A stretch of 62,074 bases of DNA, the filler included, from Stramenopiles sp. TOSAG23-2 (lineage: Eukaryota): the NCBI GenBank assembly GCA_900128395.1. It is 10 parts of 10 records of this genome, joined end to end, with 100 filler letters (N's around TTAATTAATTAA, not from the genome) between each part and the next. Parts side by side here need not be neighbours in the genome. Positions count along the whole stretch, not along the records: positions 43,578 to 49,685 come from LT650518.1; positions 49,786 to 55,883 come from LT650519.1; positions 55,984 to 62,074 come from LT650520.1; 7 more parts are not named here. One strand, 5' to 3'. The notes beneath the pieces are model-generated. The model saw nothing but the letters and a program-made list of their open reading frames with translations, was not told the origin of the DNA and did no database searches. The position numbers and the translations under genes were made by a program. This document shows, piece by piece, positions 44,204 through 56,008 of this stretch (position 1 is the stretch's first letter; every line of letters starts with the position of its first letter).

Positions 44204-44938
44204 TCAATCGTGTTCCCTATCTCTAGTAGTCAACCCCTTTTTCCTTTCCTTTACCAATTCAGTCATTTTGAATTCAATTTTCTTCCAATTTTCTTTTATT
44301 AATTTTGCGTTTTGTGCCCATCGTATGTTTTCTAAATCACTTGCCCGTGATTTTAATAATTGTTTCAATTGAACAATATATTTACAAAAACTATCATAAT
44401 CTTTATTTTTAATAACAATTGTCGTCTGTTGATTACTGTCAAGTTCTTCTTCTTGTTTCTTTTTCATATACAATATCTCTTCAATTTTATTTTTATTTAT
44501 TAAAATATCAGATATATATTGATTTAAACTTTTCACAATATTAATTCTATTTTCGATTGTGTTTAACGATAACTCATTTGCAACTTCAGGCGTCATACAA
44601 TATTCTTTGATTTCTTGTTCTAATTTCGCATGTTTTGCTTTTTCGTTTGAAATGTCTTTCATTAATTGTATAAATTCTTCTGCACCTTTATCAACATTAG
44701 TCATTTCATCGGCTGGATTTTCTTCTAAAATACCATTACTTTCCATCAAATGTTTTAAACCACCAAAACGTATATGACGTCTTTCTTTTGGTATGTTTAA
44801 AAATGAGTTTGAATCATTTTCCCATGGATTTTTCGATGCCGATGGCGTTAAATGATTTCTTCGTTTTGATGATGTTTTTTTCGTATAACGTGATTGTTTC
44901 GTTTGATTGAATTTTGTTGGCGTTGCAGTAAGTCTCAT
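44204..44938 (-). CDS. HAUS2: Coiled-coil protein resembling augmin subunit HAUS2
   Basis: NPW near the N-terminus, coiled coil, SLNQYISDILINK and DLENIRWAQN, recalled as similar to HAUS2/AUG2. First ATG at 44938. Confidence 0.5.
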   Translation of the reverse strand: MRLTATPTKFNQTKQSRYTKKTSSKRRNHLTPSASKNPWENDSNSFLNIPKERRHIRFGGLKHLMESNGILEENPADEMTNVDKGAEEFIQLMKDISNEKAKHAKLEQEIKEYCMTPEVANELSLNTIENRINIVKSLNQYISDILINKNKIEEILYMKKKQEEELDSNQQTTIVIKNKDYDSFCKYIVQLKQLLKSRASDLENIRWAQNAKLIKENWKKIEFKMTELVKERKKGLTTRDREHD

Positions 44939-45173
44939 CTTTTTTTTTTTTTCCAAAACTTGTATGTATTTTTTTTGAAATTTTAAAATAATATAAAAAA
45001 TAATGACAATGGTAACGGCACCAATGATGTAAAATAAGTTTGATTGAATTTTGTTGGCGTTGCAGTAAGTCTCATCTTTTTTTTTTTTCCAAAACTTGTA
45101 TGTATTTTTTTTGAAATTTTAAAATAATATAAAAAATAATGACAATGGTAACGGCACCAATGATGTAAAATAA
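44901..45173. repeat. ~137-bp tandem duplication spanning the HAUS2-like start codon
   Basis: 44901-45037 repeated from 45038. The copies differ by one T in a homopolymer (13 vs 12). Confidence 0.85.
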
Positions 45174-45755
45174 AAATAAAAAACAAAATTTATTCTGTAT
45201 AATATAATTATTGTTTTTGTATTGAATGAATAAACCAGAAATAATATAATATATATATATATATATGTAGGATTATTTTCGCTTTCCAATATGTTTTTCT
45301 TTTTCACATTTTTACCTTGCACAAGGTTTATACTTATAATATATTATTAATTTTATATTTATGTAAAAAATATTTTTTTGAAATTTAAATTATTTGTTGA
45401 AGAAATTTGTAATCAAAAATGATTTTTTTTAATATTCTAAATTTCTTCAAGTATAAATTATATGACAGTTGATAGGGTAAAAATAAAAAATCGATGCATG
45501 AGAATTAAGGTAAAAAGGTGCTTTAGCAAGACGACTATATCGATATAATCAAATAGCATCTACAATGTAGGTGTAAAGGAAAACGTAGATTTGGACCAGG
45601 AAATGCCTCTGGTGTCCAGAGAAATGTAGGTGTGTGTGTAGAGAGAGAGAGAGAAGAAACAATTAATAATAACAACAACAACAGAGAATTACAAGTTGCA
45701 GAACAGTATATATATACAGACGATGATATGTCAAAGTATCAGGTAGGCACACTCT

Positions 45756-48700
45756 TTACACATCAAAAATTGTATCCTCAAAATTTAAAAAGTAGGGATC
45801 AAATCGTTGCGACCCTTCAAACCATCCATATTTGCGAAATCCATCTCGTCTCGCCGCTTGTGTAGGATCCATAAATTCGCAAGAGGTGTTTTCTTCTTCA
45901 TCATCAGAATTAATATCGTCATATACTGGATCGGTAGCATTTCCTAATTCTTCAAGTGACATCATATGACCCAAATAAATTGTCCGTGCCCATGTATGTA
46001 TGGATCTATCCTCCCTGGTATCAAATCCAACTCCATAATAACTTAAATCACCGACGTCAGTCCCTTCATCTTCCTCATAATTTTTCATAAATGCGCGAAA
46101 CGATGCACGTTCACAAAAGAAATTTTCACCTATATGAACCAATGATCCAAAATAAGGATTTAACATTAACGATGTTGCTTTAGCCAAATCACTAAAGTAT
46201 GGTACTATTCCACCATGTATTGCTTTCAATTGCGGAATAAAGTCTTCAATCAATTTATCTAATCTAGCATCCAAAGATTTGGAAAGTCTTTTATTTTCTG
46301 CTACATCTTCTTCACTAATATTTATAGGAATTCCATTTCTATCAAATTTTAAAGGTTCTTCCTCCCTTGTGGGGCTGTTATCTAGTATATCATCAAAAAA
46401 TGTAATTCTAAACAGTTTTTCAACATCGCTTTGCAACAAAATCAAAAATACATTTTTTGGATCTAAATTACGACAGCCGTCAATTGTTCTTTCTGCAACA
46501 TAATCGATATTTCTAAAATATTTTTGATAATCTTTATTTATCAAATCATAATAGTCTTTTTCCATTGATGAAAGTGGTTTCCTTCCACTTAAATATTGCT
46601 GACAAAACTTTCTTTTAAATCCAAAGATTAAATTGCTCCACACATTCATTTTTTCTTTATTTTTAGGATAATCTGCTACACCCCGTGTATCTTTTCCTAG
46701 ATGTTTCAATCTTTTCGCCCAATTATTACTTGACTTTAAGTCTATGCAAAATATTTCAATTGTCAAATTAATACGGCGACATAACAATTCCAAGCGTTGA
46801 GCAACGCGTTTTTTCCCTTTCTTCATATACTCATCTAGTCCCAGAATTTCTGCATTAAAAGCACCCAAAGCTTCAATTGCGCTACTAACTGTCCATAAAC
46901 AAGTTTTTCGCCATTTATGTCTTTCGGTGCCATTCATGTCTTTCATAGACAATTTATCACATCGTAAACGAGCAAGAGACGTCATAAAAGTTGCTCGGTC
47001 AGCAGTTGGACCGCCAAAAGTCACTACTGGTGCTAAAAAAAGCGCGTTTAAATATTTTGTTTCTGCCCCTTGGTAATCTTCTTTTTTCTCTAATTCAGTG
47101 CCAAGTTTCCACTCCTTTCGTGACTCTAAACGTTGTTCTTTAAATTCCTTTACTAACTGCTTTCTCTCATCTTTAGAAACCTTTTTCTTACGATCTTTTG
47201 CAAAAATTTTAGCTTGCGGATTTAAATGCTTATCCTTGGCCGTCCAACAAGCACTTCCTGCACCAACGTTATTTAAAGGCTCAAAATAACGCGCTGAGCT
47301 TAGCATTTGCTTTGCAATTTTTACAGCATATCGTGCAGATTCGTTGTTATCGTATACATCGGGATTTTGGCATATTCTAACGATGGCTTCTGCGGCATAT
47401 GTAAACAGATGAGGCAAATAATATTCATACTTCTCTATTGTCCAGTCATCATTTACCAGTTTGAAATCTTTATTCCCAATAGCTGAAGTTGTTGGCATTG
47501 GAAATTGAGGCTGGCCAAAAAATACAAGTGGTAAAAGCATTTGAAGCATTCCTCCATCATCCCAAAGAACTTTATGAAGTTTTGGATACCGAGAACAAAC
47601 GCAATAAAATGCAGGCGCCCATACTTGGGTTGGAGTGTAAATGGTGGGTAATGTACCCATTGGCAATCTTGGCATTCCCTCTGTCTGGCGCACGCCATAC
47701 AACATAGGAGAGCCCATTTGCTCTTCCGTTCGGAGTGGAGTTATATGACTTACAAGCAAATATTTGTGTAGCTTATATTTTAAAATTACTAATTCAAGCA
47801 ATTTTGGATTCAGCTCAATACTAGATATTAATCTACCAAACATAATCATAGTAGCCTGTCGATGACTTGAGACGTTGTCAAATAACGATTCAATAAATAC
47901 ATCCAAGATTCCAGGTTGAACCATTAGCTTTGCATCTTTATGTGTACCGACTAAACAAGATGCTCTTGCGCAATGTGAAAGTACGTTTATACAACTTGTT
48001 TTAAGTTGCGTTATACGCCCAAACAGTTTTGGCCGACCGCTTTTAAAAGATGCTTGCCCCCGTGTAATAACACTCTCGTGATAAGGCATTTGCCTACCAG
48101 GGTCTACTACAAGATGTGAAAGAAACCGGTCGAAACATGTTGAACTCATATTTGCTACACTTTCAATTGCAGTAGGATATCTTATCAATGCAAGACTAAC
48201 TTTTGTACTTTCCATTGTCATATGGGCCAGGCATCTTCCTGCCAAATGAACCTCCATAATTGTAAATGCACCTTTCAATATAGGTACCATCACGTCTAGT
48301 ATACCTTCTGCCAAAAGTCTGTTGGAGACACTTGGCCCATTCCCTGAAACAACTAATGATCCTAATATTGAAGAAAGGTAATATGGCATATAGTCATTTG
48401 ATCCCAATTTAAGCCACAACTTATTTGTTAGTCCTATTTTCAATAAACGAATAGCACAACGTGACAATCCAGATGAATTTGCGAAGTTTATCATTACTGA
48501 GTTATTTGCGTCCATTAATGCTTTCCATAATGCTGATACCCATAGTACTGCATCCTCACAATCATTATGGAGATTGTCCTGGATCCAATATGGATAATCA
48601 TGGAAAAACATTTTACATTTTTCAACTTTACCAGCATTCCAAAATTCAAGAATATTTCGATTTGGCCCAAAAGGTACACCATCTATCAACCCAGCCATAG

Positions 48701-49259
48701 TATTCCTTCGTGACCAATCATCACCAGCTTTGTAATCTATTCTCTTGTCTTCTGGGGCCCGCGTTGGTGCTGGAAGTTCTTTCCAGGTCTTTTCAAACCA
48801 CGATGGTCCGAATTTTAACATGTCCACCGGTACTCTATTTGGTATATTATTTATTAATACCAAGTTATTATGTGTACTGGAACTAAATAGCTGATAGTTT
48901 AATTTCCATGAATTGTAATAAAGCCTGTAGTATCCAGTTTGTAACCAATATTGGCACACTTGATCTTTGCAGCCTCCTGTGCTTTCATTACCTTCATTTG
49001 CTAGCAATGTACGCAAAGTTGTTGTTGCACCTTTCCAACTTATATCGCAGTTGTTCCATATATATTTACATGTTATTGATACACGTGATAATTCGGATCC
49101 ATTACAGTAAAATCCAAATCTTTGTTGTATGACTTCAATTTTAAACACACTTTTTGCAAGCAATGAGCTTGGCAAGCATGCAACATCGTGTCTGCTGTTA
49201 CTGTTCGTATTGCCCGTTTCAACAACTTTGGTGGAAGAAGAAGATGCAAGTGCTGCCAT
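45756..49259 (-). CDS. Large alpha-helical protein (possible degenerate F-box, ARM/TPR-like repeats)
   Basis: About 1165-aa uninterrupted ORF from the first ATG. ACLPSSLL...ELSRVSITCKYIW is F-box-like; GTELEKKEDYQGAETKYLNAL is TPR-like. Confidence 0.65.
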   Translation of the reverse strand: MAALASSSSTKVVETGNTNSNSRHDVACLPSSLLAKSVFKIEVIQQRFGFYCNGSELSRVSITCKYIWNNCDISWKGATTTLRTLLANEGNESTGGCKDQVCQYWLQTGYYRLYYNSWKLNYQLFSSSTHNNLVLINNIPNRVPVDMLKFGPSWFEKTWKELPAPTRAPEDKRIDYKAGDDWSRRNTMAGLIDGVPFGPNRNILEFWNAGKVEKCKMFFHDYPYWIQDNLHNDCEDAVLWVSALWKALMDANNSVMINFANSSGLSRCAIRLLKIGLTNKLWLKLGSNDYMPYYLSSILGSLVVSGNGPSVSNRLLAEGILDVMVPILKGAFTIMEVHLAGRCLAHMTMESTKVSLALIRYPTAIESVANMSSTCFDRFLSHLVVDPGRQMPYHESVITRGQASFKSGRPKLFGRITQLKTSCINVLSHCARASCLVGTHKDAKLMVQPGILDVFIESLFDNVSSHRQATMIMFGRLISSIELNPKLLELVILKYKLHKYLLVSHITPLRTEEQMGSPMLYGVRQTEGMPRLPMGTLPTIYTPTQVWAPAFYCVCSRYPKLHKVLWDDGGMLQMLLPLVFFGQPQFPMPTTSAIGNKDFKLVNDDWTIEKYEYYLPHLFTYAAEAIVRICQNPDVYDNNESARYAVKIAKQMLSSARYFEPLNNVGAGSACWTAKDKHLNPQAKIFAKDRKKKVSKDERKQLVKEFKEQRLESRKEWKLGTELEKKEDYQGAETKYLNALFLAPVVTFGGPTADRATFMTSLARLRCDKLSMKDMNGTERHKWRKTCLWTVSSAIEALGAFNAEILGLDEYMKKGKKRVAQRLELLCRRINLTIEIFCIDLKSSNNWAKRLKHLGKDTRGVADYPKNKEKMNVWSNLIFGFKRKFCQQYLSGRKPLSSMEKDYYDLINKDYQKYFRNIDYVAERTIDGCRNLDPKNVFLILLQSDVEKLFRITFFDDILDNSPTREEEPLKFDRNGIPINISEEDVAENKRLSKSLDARLDKLIEDFIPQLKAIHGGIVPYFSDLAKATSLMLNPYFGSLVHIGENFFCERASFRAFMKNYEEDEGTDVGDLSYYGVGFDTREDRSIHTWARTIYLGHMMSLEELGNATDPVYDDINSDDEEENTSCEFMDPTQAARRDGFRKYGWFEGSQRFDPYFLNFEDTIFDV

Positions 49260-49785
49260 GATGACACGACTTATCACGGGTGAAATTGATTGTGGAAGCA
49301 ATAGCAACTGGTGAATGTTCTGCAATCAATGCGGCTGTATGGCATGCGTGTTGAATCAATTCTTCGCGTAATAATCCACTTAGTGATAATATGAAATCAC
49401 AATTAAAAGCTATACAACAATATAAAAGAGATGGATCAAACGGGTATCAACAAGTGAAAGATATGTTATTAATGTGTATATATGATGGACATAATAATTA
49501 TAAATTATATATATATTTATATACTACCAACTACAATACCCTATCAATTTATTACCGTGTTTCCATGTTTCCATTATCCATAATCCATGAAATCCATCAT
49601 CCATCATAATCCATAATATAAATACAACTCATAAAAAAAATGCCATACGGCGAGGGCCCTACATTTGTTTTTTAAGGGTGTGAGTNNNNNNNNNNNNNNN
49701 NNNNNNNNNNNNNNNNNNNNNNNNNNNNNTTAATTAATTAANNNNNNNNNNNNNNNNNNNNNNNNNNNNNNNNNNNNNNNNNNNN

Positions 49786-50521
49786 TATTATTTGGATTGG
49801 CTATGAGCTCGCACGTAGCTTTTGGCAATCAAGTTGATTCTTACCATACTGCTACAAAATCTTTTTTGAATGTTTTTCAGTTAACTTTTGGTGACTTTGA
49901 CATTAGCTTTGATTCGATGATGAAGAGCAAAGAGGTTTTTACAATGATATTTTGGATACTCTCTACTTTTGCAATGACAATGGTCATGATGAACGTGATG
50001 ATTGCTGTCGTATCGGACGTTTACCAAGATAGTGTTCGTGAAAGTAAGAAAGATTTTGTCACTGAAAGTAATGTAAGACTAATGAAGCAGTTGAAAAACT
50101 TGAAGAGGGCAGATAATAATGATGTTTTAAAGCTAATTGGGGATTATTTAAGTGTATCGAAAACACTGGTGGATAAAGATGTGAATCGATTGGTTCGTAC
50201 ATTAGCAAAAGGACATGGAAAGAGTTTGAAAGAGAGTAGAGAAGAAACTTTTCGTCGAGTTTTAGGTGCTTCAAAAGGAAATGATTTTCACAGCGTCATG
50301 AAATATTTGACAAAACTATCTGTTGAATAGGCGTTGAGTTGGATGAACAAGGATTAGAAGACGAAGGTGATCATATGCCGGACAGTGAATCATACAGTGC
50401 AAAAGTTCAATATGACTACTTGCAACATAAAAAATTTCATCAACGAAAAATAGAAGATCGTGAGAAAGATTCTAAAGAAAAACTTGCACAAAGAAGGGCA
50501 GCCCAAAAACTTAACTCTTGA
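49786..50521 (+). CDS. C-terminal part of a polycystin (PKD2/TRPP-like) cation channel, 5' truncated
   Basis: Pore and S6 signature FG.QVDSYHT..KSFLNVFQLTFGDFD...MMNVMIAVVSDVY. The 50339-50521 segment can be joined by a putative 65-bp intron (50266-50330). Confidence 0.7.
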
Positions 50522-50697
50522 GAGATTCATGTGTGTACTCGTATATTTCACATCAGGAAAAAATATATTTGGTGTATAAATCATATATATTATATTTTCA
50601 TTACGAAAAGCGATGTTACTTTTTTGTAAAATATGATACGAGTACTCGTACTATTTTATAGAGATATATATGTCTTTCATACCGCCATATATTTTTT

Positions 50698-52380
50698 TTA
50701 CAGAAAATCAAACACACCCCAATGATTTTCATATTTATCTTTTGCAATATTACATGCTCGTGCATCTTTTTTTCCTCTATATGGACTGTAAACTGTTTTT
50801 TGTGCTTCTTCAATACGTTTTAACATTTCATTGAATAAATCTGGCATAGATGGTGCAAGATTATTCATTTCATATGGATCTTCTTTAATATTAAATAAAC
50901 AGCCATGTTTTGCATCAGGCTTACATTTCATTAATTTTGTTAATGGCCATAAACGTGGCTTCGTATTATTTGGCCAATTTGCACCTGTAATAGTATTTTG
51001 ATTTACGTTATATAAGCGACTTTTTGCACCAATAATCAATTTATAATCATTAATAATGATACCTCCAACTAATGTTTTTCCACCGGCATTTGGATATAAA
51101 CTAGTTGTATCTCCTATAATAATTTCATTACGTGGTGATGTATTGTTTTTACCGGAAAGTAAAGGCCACATGTTAATGGAATCAATTCCTGGTAAATTTG
51201 CGTTTGCAGCCATATTATCAAATGGATCTATATTTGCTATACTAGCATATGTTGCATACCAATCCCATCCTGTAATATAGTGTTCTATTTTCGTTCCAAC
51301 TTTTTCATTTGGAATAATTCCACCTGTAACAAATGCATTTACACGAATACCCCCCTCCCAATTACTAAATTTTCCTCCCTTTAATGGAAAATTATTCCCC
51401 CCGCATAATCCTCCACCCATGATTTCACCCCCATTATCTGCATGGAAAACAATTAATGCATTATCATATATACCACGTTTTTTCAACAAGTCGATTACTT
51501 TCCCAACATTTTCATCCATTAAATTACCCATCGCATGATTTAATCGTCTATATGTATTATTGATGAAAGAAAATTTATCAACATATTTTTGTGGTACTTG
51601 CAAAGGCATGTGCACCAAATGCATCGACCAAAAAAGAAATAATGATGTTGATACATCATGTTTTTCAATAATATTCAAAACTTCATTTGTTAAAATTTCT
51701 TCCTCATATATACACGTTTCATTATTCTTAGGTTTTTGATTATCTTGAGAACAGCTTGGACCATTTTGATAAAAAGTTGCTGGACCATCAAACGTTTCAT
51801 TATATTTCCATAAATCATATACAGGTTTTGATGAACATTTTTCCACTGTGTATTGCCAATAATCGTTGCTATGGTGAAAATATCCTAACCATGTATCATA
51901 TCCTCGAAATTTTGGGTGGTGGTAAGGAGTAGCCATGCCTACGTCCCATTTGCCAACAATGTGTGTTTTATAATTTTGTTTACGAAGCAATGCAGCAATT
52001 CCTGTCATATTTGTTGGTATTCCTTGATACCCACCGATAATATCTTTTGAATTAGTAACTTCTGGTGGAACATTTTGAACATTTACATGTATTGGGTTTC
52101 TACCAGTTTGTATAGAGCTACGTGAAGGAGAGCAAATTTTATATACATAGAATCGATCAAGTTCGATCCCTGAATTTTTTAACGCATCAAGATTCGGTGT
52201 CTGTACCTCTTGATTATTGTTATTATTATTATTTCGATGATAACCGATATCTGCCCAACCATAATCATCCGCTAAAATATGTATAATATGTGGGTGTGGT
52301 GGTGTTGATTTTGCACTGAATACATGTTGTAATAATGTTATTATTATTATTATTATTATGATTGGGTATAATTTAATCAT
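50698..52380 (-). CDS. Arylsulfatase B-like sulfatase (family S1), left arm copy
   Basis: Signal peptide from MIKLYP, ILADDYGW, CSPSR (FGly motif), VGKWDVG, ADNG, KGGK..NWEGGIRV. Confidence 0.92.
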   Translation of the reverse strand: MIKLYPIIIIIIIITLLQHVFSAKSTPPHPHIIHILADDYGWADIGYHRNNNNNNNQEVQTPNLDALKNSGIELDRFYVYKICSPSRSSIQTGRNPIHVNVQNVPPEVTNSKDIIGGYQGIPTNMTGIAALLRKQNYKTHIVGKWDVGMATPYHHPKFRGYDTWLGYFHHSNDYWQYTVEKCSSKPVYDLWKYNETFDGPATFYQNGPSCSQDNQKPKNNETCIYEEEILTNEVLNIIEKHDVSTSLFLFWSMHLVHMPLQVPQKYVDKFSFINNTYRRLNHAMGNLMDENVGKVIDLLKKRGIYDNALIVFHADNGGEIMGGGLCGGNNFPLKGGKFSNWEGGIRVNAFVTGGIIPNEKVGTKIEHYITGWDWYATYASIANIDPFDNMAANANLPGIDSINMWPLLSGKNNTSPRNEIIIGDTTSLYPNAGGKTLVGGIIINDYKLIIGAKSRLYNVNQNTITGANWPNNTKPRLWPLTKLMKCKPDAKHGCLFNIKEDPYEMNNLAPSMPDLFNEMLKRIEEAQKTVYSPYRGKKDARACNIAKDKYENHWGVFDFL

Positions 52381-53288
52381 TATTATCCTGTTAAAAAAAG
52401 TTGAAAAAGCTGCAAGAATGGTATATACATACATATATATATAATGTCGGTCTTTTCTGTTATCTGTATAATCAGTTGTTCCATTGATGTGATCCTAATC
52501 CCATCTATAATATTTTCAACACTTCTTTTTGTTATAAGCTAATAATATCTTTTTTTTTTGCGGGCTCTTCTCGTCGTATCTTTTTAAGGCTTTTATTACT
52601 TTTTCCTATCTTTTTTTTGGTGTTTTGATTTTTGTATATCAGCCTTTTACTTTCAGGTAAATTTTTTTTTTTGTTTCCCTTTTTTTCTTAAAAAAATACG
52701 AGCGTGTACTGGTGCTACTTTATACCGAGGTCGTAATTAATATAAATATTATCTTTTAAAAATTTAATAAAATTAAAAGGTATGCACGTATTAAGTTTTA
52801 ATGAAGTGTGCGTGTACATTTTATATTTTTTTTTAAAAAAAAATTTAAAATGTACACGCACACTTCATTAAAACTTAATACGTGCATACCTTTTAATTTT
52901 ATTAAATTTTTAAAAGATAATATTTATATTAATTACGACCTCGGTATAAAGTAGCACCAGTACACGCTCGTATTTTTTTAAGAAAAAAAGGGAAACAAAA
53001 AAAAAAATTTACCTGAAAGTAAAAGGCTGATATACAAAAATCAAAACACCAAAAAAAAGATAGGACAAAGTAATAAAAGCCTTAAAAAGATACGACGAGA
53101 AGAGCCCGCAAAAAAAAAAGATATTATTAGCTTATAACAAAAAGAAGTGTTGAAAATATTATAGATGGGATTAGGATCACATCAATGGAACAACTGATTA
53201 TACAGATAACAGAAAAGACCGACATTATATATATATGTATGTATATACCATTCTTGCAGCTTTTTCAACTTTTTTTAACAGGATAATA

Positions 53289-54971
53289 ATGATTAAATTA
53301 TACCCAATCATAATAATAATAATAATAATAACATTATTACAACATGTATTCAGTGCAAAATCAACACCACCACACCCACATATTATACATATTTTAGCGG
53401 ATGATTATGGTTGGGCAGATATCGGTTATCATCGAAATAATAATAATAACAATAATCAAGAGGTACAGACACCGAATCTTGATGCGTTAAAAAATTCAGG
53501 GATCGAACTTGATCGATTCTATGTATATAAAATTTGCTCTCCTTCACGTAGCTCTATACAAACTGGTAGAAACCCAATACATGTAAATGTTCAAAATGTT
53601 CCACCAGAAGTTACTAATTCAAAAGATATTATCGGTGGGTATCAAGGAATACCAACAAATATGACAGGAATTGCTGCATTGCTTCGTAAACAAAATTATA
53701 AAACACACATTGTTGGCAAATGGGACGTAGGCATGGCTACTCCTTACCACCACCCAAAATTTCGAGGATATGATACATGGTTAGGATATTTTCACCATAG
53801 CAACGATTATTGGCAATACACAGTGGAAAAATGTTCATCAAAACCTGTATATGATTTATGGAAATATAATGAAACGTTTGATGGTCCAGCAACTTTTTAT
53901 CAAAATGGTCCAAGCTGTTCTCAAGATAATCAAAAACCTAAGAATAATGAAACGTGTATATATGAGGAAGAAATTTTAACAAATGAAGTTTTGAATATTA
54001 TTGAAAAACATGATGTATCAACATCATTATTTCTTTTTTGGTCGATGCATTTGGTGCACATGCCTTTGCAAGTACCACAAAAATATGTTGATAAATTTTC
54101 TTTCATCAATAATACATATAGACGATTAAATCATGCGATGGGTAATTTAATGGATGAAAATGTTGGGAAAGTAATCGACTTGTTGAAAAAACGTGGTATA
54201 TATGATAATGCATTAATTGTTTTCCATGCAGATAATGGGGGTGAAATCATGGGTGGAGGATTATGCGGGGGGAATAATTTTCCATTAAAGGGAGGAAAAT
54301 TTAGTAATTGGGAGGGGGGTATTCGTGTAAATGCATTTGTTACAGGTGGAATTATTCCAAATGAAAAAGTTGGAACGAAAATAGAACACTATATTACAGG
54401 ATGGGATTGGTATGCAACATATGCTAGTATAGCAAATATAGATCCATTTGATAATATGGCTGCAAACGCAAATTTACCAGGAATTGATTCCATTAACATG
54501 TGGCCTTTACTTTCCGGTAAAAACAATACATCACCACGTAATGAAATTATTATAGGAGATACAACTAGTTTATATCCAAATGCCGGTGGAAAAACATTAG
54601 TTGGAGGTATCATTATTAATGATTATAAATTGATTATTGGTGCAAAAAGTCGCTTATATAACGTAAATCAAAATACTATTACAGGTGCAAATTGGCCAAA
54701 TAATACGAAGCCACGTTTATGGCCATTAACAAAATTAATGAAATGTAAGCCTGATGCAAAACATGGCTGTTTATTTAATATTAAAGAAGATCCATATGAA
54801 ATGAATAATCTTGCACCATCTATGCCAGATTTATTCAATGAAATGTTAAAACGTATTGAAGAAGCACAAAAAACAGTTTACAGTCCATATAGAGGAAAAA
54901 AAGATGCACGAGCATGTAATATTGCAAAAGATAAATATGAAAATCATTGGGGTGTGTTTGATTTTCTGTAA
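53289..54971 (+). CDS. Arylsulfatase B-like sulfatase (family S1), right arm copy
   Basis: Translation identical to the left arm copy. Confidence 0.9.
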   Translation: MIKLYPIIIIIIIITLLQHVFSAKSTPPHPHIIHILADDYGWADIGYHRNNNNNNNQEVQTPNLDALKNSGIELDRFYVYKICSPSRSSIQTGRNPIHVNVQNVPPEVTNSKDIIGGYQGIPTNMTGIAALLRKQNYKTHIVGKWDVGMATPYHHPKFRGYDTWLGYFHHSNDYWQYTVEKCSSKPVYDLWKYNETFDGPATFYQNGPSCSQDNQKPKNNETCIYEEEILTNEVLNIIEKHDVSTSLFLFWSMHLVHMPLQVPQKYVDKFSFINNTYRRLNHAMGNLMDENVGKVIDLLKKRGIYDNALIVFHADNGGEIMGGGLCGGNNFPLKGGKFSNWEGGIRVNAFVTGGIIPNEKVGTKIEHYITGWDWYATYASIANIDPFDNMAANANLPGIDSINMWPLLSGKNNTSPRNEIIIGDTTSLYPNAGGKTLVGGIIINDYKLIIGAKSRLYNVNQNTITGANWPNNTKPRLWPLTKLMKCKPDAKHGCLFNIKEDPYEMNNLAPSMPDLFNEMLKRIEEAQKTVYSPYRGKKDARACNIAKDKYENHWGVFDFL

Positions 54972-55147
54972 AAAAAATATATGGCGGTATGAAAGACATA
55001 TATATCTCTATAAAATAGTACGAGTACTCGTATCATATTTTACAAAAAAGTAACATCGCTTTTCGTAATGAAAATATAATATATATGATTTATACACCAA
55101 ATATATTTTTTCCTGATGTGAAATATACGAGTACACACATGAATCTC

Positions 55148-55883
55148 TCAAGAGTTAAGTTTTTGGGCTGCCCTTCTTTGTGCAAGTTTTTCTTTAGAAT
55201 CTTTCTCACGATCTTCTATTTTTCGTTGATGAAATTTTTTATGTTGCAAGTAGTCATATTGAACTTTTGCACTGTATGATTCACTGTCCGGCATATGATC
55301 ACCTTCGTCTTCTAATCCTTGTTCATCCAACTCAACGCCTATTCAACAGATAGTTTTGTCAAATATTTCATGACGCTGTGAAAATCATTTCCTTTTGAAG
55401 CACCTAAAACTCGACGAAAAGTTTCTTCTCTACTCTCTTTCAAACTCTTTCCATGTCCTTTTGCTAATGTACGAACCAATCGATTCACATCTTTATCCAC
55501 CAGTGTTTTCGATACACTTAAATAATCCCCAATTAGCTTTAAAACATCATTATTATCTGCCCTCTTCAAGTTTTTCAACTGCTTCATTAGTCTTACATTA
55601 CTTTCAGTGACAAAATCTTTCTTACTTTCACGAACACTATCTTGGTAAACGTCCGATACGACAGCAATCATCACGTTCATCATGACCATTGTCATTGCAA
55701 AAGTAGAGAGTATCCAAAATATCATTGTAAAAACCTCTTTGCTCTTCATCATCGAATCAAAGCTAATGTCAAAGTCACCAAAAGTTAACTGAAAAACATT
55801 CAAAAAAGATTTTGTAGCAGTATGGTAAGAATCAACTTGATTGCCAAAAGCTACGTGCGAGCTCATAGCCAATCCAAATAATA
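55148..55883 (-). CDS. Mirror copy of the polycystin-like channel C-terminus
   Basis: Reverse complement of 49786-50521. Confidence 0.68.
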
Positions 55884-56008
55884 NNNNNNNNNNNNNNNNN
55901 NNNNNNNNNNNNNNNNNNNNNNNNNNNTTAATTAATTAANNNNNNNNNNNNNNNNNNNNNNNNNNNNNNNNNNNNNNNNNNNNCGTGATGTACAAAATCT
56001 TCCTTTTT

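Larger units (their letters stand above)
49786..55883. repeat. Whole-contig inverted repeat (fold-back palindrome), centre 52834/52835
   Basis: The arms are reverse complements over 3049 bp each with no spacer. Mismatches seen at 52824/52845 and 52603/53066. Confidence 0.95.

Noticed and set aside
50266-50345. Programmed frameshift at TAG-GC (also at 21198-21202)
   Set aside because: Both frame changes are explained more simply by short GT-AG introns ending at that TAG (50266-50330; 21145-21197/21200) or by a 1-nt error.
53289-54971. True arylsulfatase gene duplication
   Set aside because: The identical copy is part of a whole-contig fold-back palindrome, most likely an amplification chimera.
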